DNA from: a virus
Length of the DNA: 64,000 nt
Reading direction: 5' to 3' (one strand)
Virus record (IMG/VR): IMGVR_UViG_3300041955_000531
In this document: piece by piece, positions 1 to 9,623 of the stretch
How the letters are laid out: each line of letters opens with the position of its first letter
Numbering within the stretch: position 1 is the stretch's first letter
The notes under the pieces: model-generated
The model's database searches: none
What the model saw: only the letters and a program-made list of their open reading frames with translations
Told to the model about the DNA's origin: nothing
Translations under genes and position numbers: made by a program

Positions 1-292
1 AGGCCAGGCTGTATCAGTGGGAGACTTCACCTTCACTGATGCACGCGTGCGTGGTGGCGGATTATCATCACTCTACCAGCACATTCCTCAGGCAGTCAAC
101 TTCTGGGATCTTGGGTTCTGGGATGGCAAGCCCTTCCCGGCCGGCGGAGCAATGATGCTATATCTGCCAGTCACACTCCTATCGACATTCACTTCCGCGG
201 AAGTATCACAGATCGTAAACGCCGTTGTGCCTATGGGCACAATACCAGTCATAGTCTACTATGATTCGGAAGGCAATGAGACGACAGTATAA
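1..292 (+). CDS. C-terminal end of a virion structural (baseplate-region) protein, 5' truncated
   Basis: Frame is open from the window start; stop overlaps the next ATG (TAATG); structural operon context. Confidence 0.6.
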   Translation, partial: GQAVSVGDFTFTDARVRGGGLSSLYQHIPQAVNFWDLGFWDGKPFPAGGAMMLYLPVTLLSTFTSAEVSQIVNAVVPMGTIPVIVYYDSEGNETTV

Positions 293-804
293 TGACTACC
301 CTACCCACTCCTGGAGTTTATCTGAACTGGACACAAGGTACAGCCGTCCTAATCGGACTGATGAACACTGTCTTCCAGGAAAATCAATGTGTCCAGGGAA
401 TCACTTTCCCTAGCAATGCTACAACTCCAATCAACGTACGTATGTCCTCTAGTTCCCACGATTTGCAGACATTTGATACGTTCCGCAACGTGAAGCTATA
501 TCTTACTGGGGACCCTGCTCAGATTGCCATAGTTCAAGGCCTCTGGCCTACTCAGGGTGGCGGCCTCTTCATCAGTTATGATGGTGGCAAAACGTACACC
601 CCTTTTACTACAAGTTATGGCTATGAATCTAATCCTGCGACCTGGGTGCTTTTGCCAGCGGTAGCCATAGGATTGGGTGGATTGGATGGTATTCTTGGTC
701 CTTTTGATTCGGCGAACTTGGTGCTTAAGTACATCATCCCCGAGCAAGCGAACCAGTATCAGATCTACAACGTGTCTCTAACAGCGGACTTTGACGTGGC
801 CTAA
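292..804 (+). CDS. Putative virion structural protein
   Basis: 170-aa ORF, translationally coupled to both neighbours, T/G/P-rich beta-strand composition. Confidence 0.6.
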   Translation: MTTLPTPGVYLNWTQGTAVLIGLMNTVFQENQCVQGITFPSNATTPINVRMSSSSHDLQTFDTFRNVKLYLTGDPAQIAIVQGLWPTQGGGLFISYDGGKTYTPFTTSYGYESNPATWVLLPAVAIGLGGLDGILGPFDSANLVLKYIIPEQANQYQIYNVSLTADFDVA

Positions 805-2828
805 TGCAACTACTTGGAAACTATCAATCGAACCTTACTGCTTATCTATATGAGCAGTTACTGGGTCAGCTCGAGACCGACATCGCAGCCGGCGAGTATG
901 GTGGTGGAACTCTGTTTGATACGTCGGCAGCCCAGACTATCCAGGCTGAAGGCCAGAGTTTCTCTACTCTTACTCTCCCATCGGCGGGCAATACTGCCTA
1001 TGTGACGGACGTCAATACACCAGTGCAGACTCTGCAAGCGCGCTACAACGCAATCACAAGTGAAGTGGCGAACATGCAGACAACAATCACAGCTCTGCTT
1101 GCCACCATCCAGAAAGAATCTGATCTGATTGACAAGACCATCGCCGCGGCTGAGATAGAGGTGTGGGGCTCTCAACAGCCATACTTGCCAACTGCTCAGG
1201 TCAACCTTTGGAACTTTGAATCAGGTCATGGCGCCACCAGCAAAACTTATCCCACTACAGGTGGGGCTACTTACCAGACAGACCCTACTAATGGTGTAGC
1301 TTGTCTTACTGCGGTGCCAGACGTATCCTACGTCTTCAGTGAATATCTGACACCCGCAGGCACAGGAGTAGCTACGCAAGGTATTGGCTCCCCAACGATT
1401 CATCGTAGTATTCCAGTGAAGGATATTTCCTGGAGCTTTACTCCTAACTCAGGACAGACACAGTTCGAGACTATCTATGCTAACGACCAGACTTGGGCGT
1501 ATCTCTCTACTCTGGAGCCCTCTGCGATACTTACGTTTGGGGCGCCTGTTATCGCAGTGCAACTGCCGGTGGGCGGCTCGGCCGTGGGGCTCTATACTAC
1601 CACAGGCTCAGTGGCAGGCGGCAGTCTTCCAGTCTATGTTAGGATCCTATTCTACCCTCGTCAACAAAATATCTTCGTCAATAACCTCGTATCCGCCCAG
1701 GTCATCCAGCTCTCTGCTTACAATGTAACCGCGGATACTGTCCAGGTATTTACTGCAACCAAGGTCTTTACTCAAGGTATTGACTTCACCGTCAATGATA
1801 CCTCTGCTCTTACTGTGCTGCCTACGGGCGCGCTGCCAGGTCAGAGTGTCACGATCATGTTCGAAGAGTACTACCCAGCCTATCAGTGTTCAATCGACCA
1901 GACGCACTGGAGTCCTATCTTCATGCTGGATCAGAGTCGTCCATATCCAGATGACACTACGGACTTCATTCCGATCGATATACAGAATGGTAACTTCCCT
2001 CTCTTTGATGAACTGGGAGTGCCTCTGGGGCTTTATCTGCAGGTGGTTGGTAGCCCAACAAATCTAGCTGCTGCAGGAGAGATGGTTCTACTTGTCACTA
2101 CTCCAGGCTCAGGAACTTTTGGTGAGATTGCTCAGCTGACTATTACACTAGAGCAAACTGTCTACATGAGTGGGTTGCACTTTGAGCCATTCACCAACTT
2201 CCCTGCAACTATCACTAGCATTGTTGCTTACGGCTTTACGGATGTAGCTCAGACTACGATAGTAGATATACCATTCATTCTCGATCGCGCTGTTACTTTC
2301 AAGTTCCCGCGCCAGCTAGCAAGAACTTTTGTTGTGACCTTCGCCCAGACAAACTATGCGTTGAAGGAATACTTGGTACAACAGCCAGACTCACTGCGCC
2401 GTGATACCTTGGCTCAACTCCAATCTAGTTTGCCTTTCTCTGTGCAACGTCCACAGCCTGGTATTCCGCAGCACTATGAAGGTGCCCTCTATGAGTTTGG
2501 TATTCAAAACATTGCAGCGTATGATGACCTCCCTAATCTCCCTGGTGTATTTAGTAGCGGACCTTATCTTGTCCAAGGTACACCGGAAGTCATTCGCCTA
2601 GATTGCGAACTGACGAATATGCCGACGAACGCAGTCTATCTCGGCTATATTTCATACGATGCCAACGACGCAGTTCTCGAGCAGAGTGAGATTGCATTCA
2701 CACCTGGAACTACGATCTTGTATCCAGGTGCTTTTGTCGCCGACCACGTCGACTTCTTTGTTAAGCTTGTATTCCGTGAGGAGCTGTCAGTAGCACAAGC
2801 CCTGCAGCTACAGGTTACCACACGCTAA
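804..2828 (+). CDS. Putative baseplate/tail structural protein
   Basis: 674 aa; N-terminal helical/coiled-coil segment then beta-rich region; coupled operon. Confidence 0.6.
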   Translation: MQLLGNYQSNLTAYLYEQLLGQLETDIAAGEYGGGTLFDTSAAQTIQAEGQSFSTLTLPSAGNTAYVTDVNTPVQTLQARYNAITSEVANMQTTITALLATIQKESDLIDKTIAAAEIEVWGSQQPYLPTAQVNLWNFESGHGATSKTYPTTGGATYQTDPTNGVACLTAVPDVSYVFSEYLTPAGTGVATQGIGSPTIHRSIPVKDISWSFTPNSGQTQFETIYANDQTWAYLSTLEPSAILTFGAPVIAVQLPVGGSAVGLYTTTGSVAGGSLPVYVRILFYPRQQNIFVNNLVSAQVIQLSAYNVTADTVQVFTATKVFTQGIDFTVNDTSALTVLPTGALPGQSVTIMFEEYYPAYQCSIDQTHWSPIFMLDQSRPYPDDTTDFIPIDIQNGNFPLFDELGVPLGLYLQVVGSPTNLAAAGEMVLLVTTPGSGTFGEIAQLTITLEQTVYMSGLHFEPFTNFPATITSIVAYGFTDVAQTTIVDIPFILDRAVTFKFPRQLARTFVVTFAQTNYALKEYLVQQPDSLRRDTLAQLQSSLPFSVQRPQPGIPQHYEGALYEFGIQNIAAYDDLPNLPGVFSSGPYLVQGTPEVIRLDCELTNMPTNAVYLGYISYDANDAVLEQSEIAFTPGTTILYPGAFVADHVDFFVKLVFREELSVAQALQLQVTTR

Positions 2829-2829
2829 T

Positions 2830-4344
2830 ATGTTCAATCCAGTCTTCAACTCCGTTCAGACCAGCCAGCTAATCCTTAACAGGATCGCGCGCGTTGCTAA
2901 TCAACTGCGTTCATTCAAGGCTTATACTCAGGTTGACTACCAGGCAGAGGTTTACAGCGCTGTTAATGGCGTGCTGAATCTTGGAAATAAGATGACTCCG
3001 CCTGCTTACTTCGCTGGACAGACGCCAGCTACAGTAGGAAATATAACTACCTATCTAGGTAACCTGAATAATGATGGGAATGACGTCGCCGCGGAAGTGA
3101 CTTCTATCGAGACTCAGATCGCCCAGTATTATAACCTATCCGCCGGGGTTCAGAATACCCTGCGTCAAACAGTCCGTGAGCAGGTATACGCTTCGATCGC
3201 CAATCAATACATTGAAGCGTTCGTCAATGATGCTCAGATGCAGCCAGGTTATACAGCCAACCTGGACTTTAATGCTGGTGTGGCTACATGCCCTCTGACT
3301 TCGGATACTACAATCAATCCGACCACCGTTATTACAGGACCATCGAGTATTAGCTCAACAGCTACAGCAAACAATAACTACGATCCGATGCAGCTGCTGA
3401 ATCCTACAAACTCTGTAACAAATGTAGTGGTATGGAATGGCTCCCAGCTTGAGCTGCAACTACAGTTCTCTACTCCTACGCCACTGAACCGACTGATTAT
3501 TCACCAGGACAACTATGAGGGTCTGGAGATCATAAGCCTGACTAGTTCGCCTGATGGGATCTACTTCGATGAGATCGATGCGGAACTCTTCCCGTCGGAT
3601 CTTACACTTGATGCGCAGTCTGGCAAGTATAGTGGTGACGCGATCATCGACTTCAACCCGCGCACTGTCAGCGTTCTTAAGCTTGTGGTTGCTGACTTGA
3701 TTGGACAAGGCTACGTCGCTCTTCGCGGCATCGAAACACACCAGCGAGTCTTCGCTTCCTCGGGGCAGTTCACTTCCAACCCGATATACACTCCTACAGG
3801 GCTCGTGAACTTCTCGACTTTGCAGCGTATCTATCCTCAGCTGACACAGATCACTCACCAGCTCTCCTATGACGGAGTCCACTTCTCAGTGATACAACCC
3901 GGGCAGGCTATCTCCCTGGTTAGCTCCCCGTTCTGGTACCGTGCACAGCTGGACGTCGTCACTACGGCTTTCAACTCGGCCGCCAGCCCGCTAGCACAAG
4001 GCAATGGGGACCCTGGGACATCTCCGAACTATACCCTGGGTAATATAACCAGTACTAATCTTAATGGCGGGGTATTACAACGTAATATAGTATTCACTTC
4101 GGTGACCGGCCCGATCGTTTTGAATGAAACCCCGATCCCGAACACCTTGGCTGTCTACTACGGTTCTACCTTGCAACCCTCGACGGCTTATGTATTTACG
4201 AACAATACCCTTACTCTGGCAGTGTTGCCGCAGAGCAACGTAACGGTCCGCTATCAGACCTCCACCTTTGGTACGGCCGGCCTGGCATCCCTGCAGAACA
4301 ACTTTACGCCCTATCTATTCCAAGCATCATTCGAGCAAGCATAA
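2830..4344 (+). CDS. Putative baseplate/tail structural protein
   Basis: 504 aa; similar architecture to neighbours (helical N-terminus, discoidin-like beta segment around TSSPDGIYF). Confidence 0.6.
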   Translation: MFNPVFNSVQTSQLILNRIARVANQLRSFKAYTQVDYQAEVYSAVNGVLNLGNKMTPPAYFAGQTPATVGNITTYLGNLNNDGNDVAAEVTSIETQIAQYYNLSAGVQNTLRQTVREQVYASIANQYIEAFVNDAQMQPGYTANLDFNAGVATCPLTSDTTINPTTVITGPSSISSTATANNNYDPMQLLNPTNSVTNVVVWNGSQLELQLQFSTPTPLNRLIIHQDNYEGLEIISLTSSPDGIYFDEIDAELFPSDLTLDAQSGKYSGDAIIDFNPRTVSVLKLVVADLIGQGYVALRGIETHQRVFASSGQFTSNPIYTPTGLVNFSTLQRIYPQLTQITHQLSYDGVHFSVIQPGQAISLVSSPFWYRAQLDVVTTAFNSAASPLAQGNGDPGTSPNYTLGNITSTNLNGGVLQRNIVFTSVTGPIVLNETPIPNTLAVYYGSTLQPSTAYVFTNNTLTLAVLPQSNVTVRYQTSTFGTAGLASLQNNFTPYLFQASFEQA

Positions 4345-5645
4345 TGGCTACCTCAATCATACCTCTCGTAGACGGCACAACTGGAAGTGCTTCCGCGGTC
4401 CAGGCGAACTTTGATGTCCTGATCAACCAAGGTCAAGCTGCCATAAATGAGTGTGTTGTCCTGCGTGAAAACACCCTTCTCCTGTTTAATAACGCACTGT
4501 CGGAACTGAATGGGAAGAAGGTCCGTGCCAACCGCCTGGCTCAGATAGGAGTACCTGTCAAGTTCCTGACCACAGATGACAAGGATATCAACCAGCCGAT
4601 CACCACAGCCACCCTCCGGTGCGATGCGGGCAATGTCACCCTTCGCGAACGACAGGCTCCAGGAGAGGCGATCGTCTCCCAGGTAAGGTTCTCTGCCAGC
4701 CAGGGCACGATCCAGGCTCTACAGGTCCCCCAGACGGGTTCTAGTGGCAATCTAGGAGCCCTTTACAGGGTCGCCACCCAGAATGGGGCCGTACCGGTAG
4801 GCACCTTCGATATCCAGCTTGTCAACCCTGTTACGACCGGGCTAATCATCTTTGATATGATGGATATGCCCGCAGGTCCAACGGTCCAGCCTTATATTTC
4901 ATTAAATGGAATAAACTTCGCTCCAGCCGTCACCTTGACTCAGAATGGGTACCGTCTGGCTGCCTGGTTCGCGCCGGCTGAGACACAGTATATTCGCCTG
5001 GCTATCACTCCAGCCCTCCCTGACGTCCTGGGTGGAGATGTCTTTACCTTCGGACTAACCGACTTCCATGCCTTCTCGGTACAATACCATCTGCAGTCAG
5101 ATGTTTATACTAATCAGATACAGCTGACACCCCAGTCTGCCTTTTTGGAGTTTGACACGGATACGGTCTCGGGTGTTACTTACTTCCTGTCCTTGGGAGG
5201 TAATCCTGCCCTCGAGGTATTCCCTGGCGCCATAGTCCCAGTCCCTGGCGCCACAGTGGTAACCTCCACATCAGTGCCTTTAGACTCGGGAACGGGCCAG
5301 CTACAACTACCTAGCCCAGCTGTGACTTACCAGCTGCCGTCCGATGCCTATCCTTCTTCTTTGGTAATAACCGACGTAACAAATCCAGCAGCTCCTGTAG
5401 AAATGAGGATTGCTCCTGGGTTGTCTGCTGCAGCTACACCCCCATCGAATCAATACTTTACATTGGATGGCTCGGGGAATATGTATCTGGTGACGTACCA
5501 TTCAGGGCCAGATGCTTCGCGAGTATTCGATGTGTCTTATACGACTGGGCCAGCACAACTCACAGCTCAGCTTCATGTGCAGCTTACAACTTCAGATCTT
5601 AACACTACGCCGGTCTACTCTGGCGCCCAGCTTGTAGAGGTATAA
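4344..5645 (+). CDS. Putative baseplate/tail structural protein
   Basis: 433 aa; ISLNGINF segment resembles discoidin-like folds; coupled operon. Confidence 0.55.
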   Translation: MATSIIPLVDGTTGSASAVQANFDVLINQGQAAINECVVLRENTLLLFNNALSELNGKKVRANRLAQIGVPVKFLTTDDKDINQPITTATLRCDAGNVTLRERQAPGEAIVSQVRFSASQGTIQALQVPQTGSSGNLGALYRVATQNGAVPVGTFDIQLVNPVTTGLIIFDMMDMPAGPTVQPYISLNGINFAPAVTLTQNGYRLAAWFAPAETQYIRLAITPALPDVLGGDVFTFGLTDFHAFSVQYHLQSDVYTNQIQLTPQSAFLEFDTDTVSGVTYFLSLGGNPALEVFPGAIVPVPGATVVTSTSVPLDSGTGQLQLPSPAVTYQLPSDAYPSSLVITDVTNPAAPVEMRIAPGLSAAATPPSNQYFTLDGSGNMYLVTYHSGPDASRVFDVSYTTGPAQLTAQLHVQLTTSDLNTTPVYSGAQLVEV

Positions 5646-6865
5646 TGAGTAACCTTAACGTACCTACGGTAGAACTAGTCTCGACTCTCCGCGCCGCTCC
5701 TTTGAATGGCGCCGCAAGTTCGCAAGACTACAACGACTCATGGACCGAGTCGTTGGCAGACCTGGCTTCTTTGGCTGGATTCATCAATGATATCTTGATC
5801 CCGATGCTCAATGGTTTGAGCTCGAACATTCAGCCTACGTTGGTGGCTACACCTAATGGACTGGAAGGTCGTTTTATATTCAGTGATACGACAGATACCT
5901 CTCAGGTCTTCTTTGATAACCTGTCCAATACACCGAATACGATCGCGGACTCACTGCGAGTGCTGGAAGGAATCGTAAATGCTGTACAGGTAACGATCGG
6001 GAACCTGAACATCGAAGTCACTGCGTTGCAGACGGCGCTGTCTTCCACCAACCAGAATGATGTAGCTCAAGCATTGCAGAACTTTGCGGCTGCTTTGGAA
6101 AGTTTGACTGCCCAGGTAAATGCGAACACAGCTGCTATTGCTGCCATCTCGCTTACCTTGATGACAGATGGTGTGCCTAACGGTACGCAGAATATCTTGA
6201 ATCTGACGTCTGGCACAGGTATTTCCCTTGTTGCTGGTGCTGGTGGTCTTGTAACGATTGCTTGTACCGTAGCCTTAGCCTCGCTAAAAACTAACTCAGT
6301 TACTAACTCCACCCAGACTTTGCTGAATCTGACTGGTGGAACAGATATCTCATTGGTTGAAAGTGGCGGTACTGTTACGATTGCTTATACGGGCTCGGCT
6401 GGTGCTCTCAGTCTTAAAACTAATGGCACTACCAACTCAACCCAAGCTCTGTTGAATATAGCTGATGGACTTGGGATTCACGCTTCGGAAGCTGCAGGTA
6501 CAGTTACATTAGGTTTGTTGACTCCTCCGTTTGATGTGCCTGTCTTTGCTCCTGGGTTGGGTTCCGCCAGTCAGACGCTGCTGCGTATTCCTATCGCGCG
6601 CAATGTATTGTTCCCGTCTGGTGCTACTAACTCTTTTGCCACAGCATCCGCGGTTGCAGCAGCAAGTACAACATTCACTTTCTCTCACGCTGGAACTCCT
6701 TTTGCCACTGTGAACTTTGCTCTTGGCTCCTCGACTGGGGTATTTACGCAAGCATCCGATCAAGCTTTTGCTCCTGGCGATCTTCTGGAGATCGACGGAC
6801 CTGCCACACCAGATACAACTCTTGCTGATGTAGGCATTGTGCTGTGGGGATATAGAACAAGCTAA
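5645..6865 (+). CDS. Tail fibre protein 1
   Basis: Coiled coil plus repeated LNLTxGTxISL...VTI fibre motifs; N-terminal ~200 aa nearly identical to ORF 9624. Confidence 0.7.
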   Translation: MSNLNVPTVELVSTLRAAPLNGAASSQDYNDSWTESLADLASLAGFINDILIPMLNGLSSNIQPTLVATPNGLEGRFIFSDTTDTSQVFFDNLSNTPNTIADSLRVLEGIVNAVQVTIGNLNIEVTALQTALSSTNQNDVAQALQNFAAALESLTAQVNANTAAIAAISLTLMTDGVPNGTQNILNLTSGTGISLVAGAGGLVTIACTVALASLKTNSVTNSTQTLLNLTGGTDISLVESGGTVTIAYTGSAGALSLKTNGTTNSTQALLNIADGLGIHASEAAGTVTLGLLTPPFDVPVFAPGLGSASQTLLRIPIARNVLFPSGATNSFATASAVAAASTTFTFSHAGTPFATVNFALGSSTGVFTQASDQAFAPGDLLEIDGPATPDTTLADVGIVLWGYRTS

Positions 6866-9615
6866 TGAGTATAGCTCTCGTCCAAGCCGTTAACGGATTC
6901 TGGGTAAGCAGTAGTGTTGTCTCTAACACTTTTACTTCTCCTGTCACGGCTGGGAACTTGCTGATTGCTCATGTTGTTGGAGAGTGGACATACACTCGTC
7001 AACTGACGATTATAGATACACTCGGTAATGCTTGGATTCCTATCTTCGTTACTCAAGATAGTCTGTCGGGTGAACAAAGCAATGTCTGGTATACTTTCTC
7101 ACAGGCTTCTGGTGCTAATACTGTCACGGTCTATGGAGCTAATAACTCTTTTAATGGAGTAGCTCTGGCTGAGTTCTCGGGTGTTATCGGCATTGATCAG
7201 GTCACTAGACCCGTAACTCAAAGTGGAGGTGGCTCTTCCCCGTTATATACAAATACTTCCAATCCTGTAACTACTCTATATGTTCATGAGTTGCTAATCT
7301 CATTTGGATGTATTGCTGTAGGTGGTTATGGGGGAGGTGCTGGTGGAACCGTCGTAGCTCCAATGAGCCTTCTGGCGAATATAGAGTGGACGGGTGGTCC
7401 TGACTGGTTCGGTCAGATGGGCTATCAGATAGTAAGTTCTATCCAGACTGGCTATACAGCACAGATGGGGATTGGTAGCAACAACGCCGACATCCAACTG
7501 ACTACTTTCTATGGTGATGCTTCGTTACCGTTGACGGTGAAGCAACCATATCAACTAACTAGCTACCATGTCGATGTTGTAGGTGGGGTCACAAACCCGA
7601 TTATTGAAGCTGCTTTGATGCCTGACATAGCAGATATGTATGCTGTGTTTGCTTATGCTGCCAACGGACAAAGCTCTCATGCTATTCCCACTTCTACAGT
7701 GCCTGTAGCCACCTATGAGAATCTCAGTGCTACTACGATAACGGCTTCTCTTACGCCAGCTGCTGCTAATGAGTGGGCTCTCTTTTCTTATGCTTCCCAT
7801 AATCAGAGTACGAACTTTGGTCCTGGCGCCGGCTGGACGAAACTCGATGATGGTTATAACGGTCAATCTATCTATTCACAGTTCTTGCCCAGCACTTCTC
7901 CTATTACAGCGACAGTAACTCTTGATAACCCAGGACAGGCTGGAGCTGGCATTCTAGCACTCTTCAAGACTAACGGAAGCACGCCTGTTATGGTGCAGAA
8001 AGGAGTTGGTGGTGGGGCTTGGGGTACTATCACTCCCACATTTTCTGGTCCTATAACTCCGGGTAATGCTTTGATTGCGGTTGCTTCAACAAATACTACA
8101 TTTCAAGGCGCGATTGTCACAACGGCTTCGGATCCAACATATGGAAATGTCTGGGTGCCTATTGGTTTCATTCAAACTGGTGGACTAACTGGTGTCGCAA
8201 CTGCGGTCTTTGTTTGCTATGACCCGAATCCCAGCACCTTAGATGTAACGTTAACTCAATCTCCATCTGCCAGTTCGTCTGATGCCTGGATCTTTGAAGT
8301 CACCAATATTGTGCCTGGACTTGTAGGCTGGACAGAGATTGGTCCTACAGTTGCAGGTCAGGGTATATTCTCTCAAACTATTAGTGCTATTGCTCCTGTT
8401 GGAGCTGTAGTCACTCTGGGAACTCCAAGCGTTTCTGCATCAGCAACGATAGCTCTTATACCTACTGCTAGCACGCCAGCAATCGTTCAGAGTGCTTCAA
8501 GTGCCACTCCCATTACAGGTGCTAATGGTGGGTTTGGATGGAGAACAGTTTTTACCAGTCCTGTTTCAACCAGCAATAGTGTGATTGCTGTGCTGACTAT
8601 AAGTGATGCTGTTCATGGTGGTGTGTTGTGGGCTAATCCAGTCGATGATGCTAATCAATGGTATCAGGTGGGTATAGCTCCAAACACAAACCTGAGTGCT
8701 CTACTAGCAGACTCGGCATCTGTATTTGTGTGGTGGTGTCCGTCGCCACAGAGTGGAACTCAGACGCTTGATGTAATGGCATTCAATGGTCCTACTGGTG
8801 GATTCACAGGTACTTGGTCTATCTATGAAGTCTCTGGTTTGAAGATACCTACTATACCAAAGCTTGTAGAAAAGATTGTGACGGCTGTATCACCTGCTGG
8901 TACGATTGGACCGGATCTTGGACAGCAAGGGACGGCTCCGATCTCGATTACAGGGACGCCAGCACAAGGGAACGAGTGGTTAATCTATCTTGGTTCTGGT
9001 CAGAACTCTCACCAGGAAAACAATAGTGTGCCCTCAGGCTTCACAGCATTTCCTAATGGGCCATCATTTTATCAAGGGATAATGGCGTGGTTGGATCAAG
9101 CTTCTCCTTCTCCTGTAACAGCTGTTTCAACTATTGGAACTCATACAGCTAACTGGGCTGCAATGCTGGCAATGTTCTATACCCAGCCGACAGTGATACA
9201 AGGGAGTAACCCAGGTGGACAGGGTGGTGGTTCTACGAGCTTCAGCAGCACGACACCAGGAAATGCGCTTATTCTTGGTCTCACGATAGGGCAGACAAAC
9301 TTTACATTTGCACCTCCTATCAGTATCTGGGATTCACAGAACAATGCTTATCAGTTGCTGGGAGTAGTTAACAATCCGAATAACGATGTTAACTATGGCT
9401 TCTATTCAAATGCTGTGTATCTCTATATTGCACAAGATATTGTAGGTGGTCCAGTAGAAATCCACACCCAGTATACCTATAACTACGATGGTGGGGGACC
9501 TCCTTATTACTACTTCCCGGAGTATCCGGAGATTCAAGGTTGGGTTGCAGAAATCACTCCCTTGCTGGCTCCATTGCTGTCAGGTTTTGTTGTGATCCCG
9601 ACATTCTTTCAATAA
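6865..9615 (+). CDS. Large repeat-domain virion/adhesin-like protein
   Basis: 916 aa with recurring modules (FTSPVTAGNLLIA / FSGPITPGNALIA / FTSPVSTSNSVIA / FSSTTPGNALIL). Confidence 0.6.
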   Translation: MSIALVQAVNGFWVSSSVVSNTFTSPVTAGNLLIAHVVGEWTYTRQLTIIDTLGNAWIPIFVTQDSLSGEQSNVWYTFSQASGANTVTVYGANNSFNGVALAEFSGVIGIDQVTRPVTQSGGGSSPLYTNTSNPVTTLYVHELLISFGCIAVGGYGGGAGGTVVAPMSLLANIEWTGGPDWFGQMGYQIVSSIQTGYTAQMGIGSNNADIQLTTFYGDASLPLTVKQPYQLTSYHVDVVGGVTNPIIEAALMPDIADMYAVFAYAANGQSSHAIPTSTVPVATYENLSATTITASLTPAAANEWALFSYASHNQSTNFGPGAGWTKLDDGYNGQSIYSQFLPSTSPITATVTLDNPGQAGAGILALFKTNGSTPVMVQKGVGGGAWGTITPTFSGPITPGNALIAVASTNTTFQGAIVTTASDPTYGNVWVPIGFIQTGGLTGVATAVFVCYDPNPSTLDVTLTQSPSASSSDAWIFEVTNIVPGLVGWTEIGPTVAGQGIFSQTISAIAPVGAVVTLGTPSVSASATIALIPTASTPAIVQSASSATPITGANGGFGWRTVFTSPVSTSNSVIAVLTISDAVHGGVLWANPVDDANQWYQVGIAPNTNLSALLADSASVFVWWCPSPQSGTQTLDVMAFNGPTGGFTGTWSIYEVSGLKIPTIPKLVEKIVTAVSPAGTIGPDLGQQGTAPISITGTPAQGNEWLIYLGSGQNSHQENNSVPSGFTAFPNGPSFYQGIMAWLDQASPSPVTAVSTIGTHTANWAAMLAMFYTQPTVIQGSNPGGQGGGSTSFSSTTPGNALILGLTIGQTNFTFAPPISIWDSQNNAYQLLGVVNNPNNDVNYGFYSNAVYLYIAQDIVGGPVEIHTQYTYNYDGGGPPYYYFPEYPEIQGWVAEITPLLAPLLSGFVVIPTFFQ

Positions 9616-9623
9616 GGTAATCT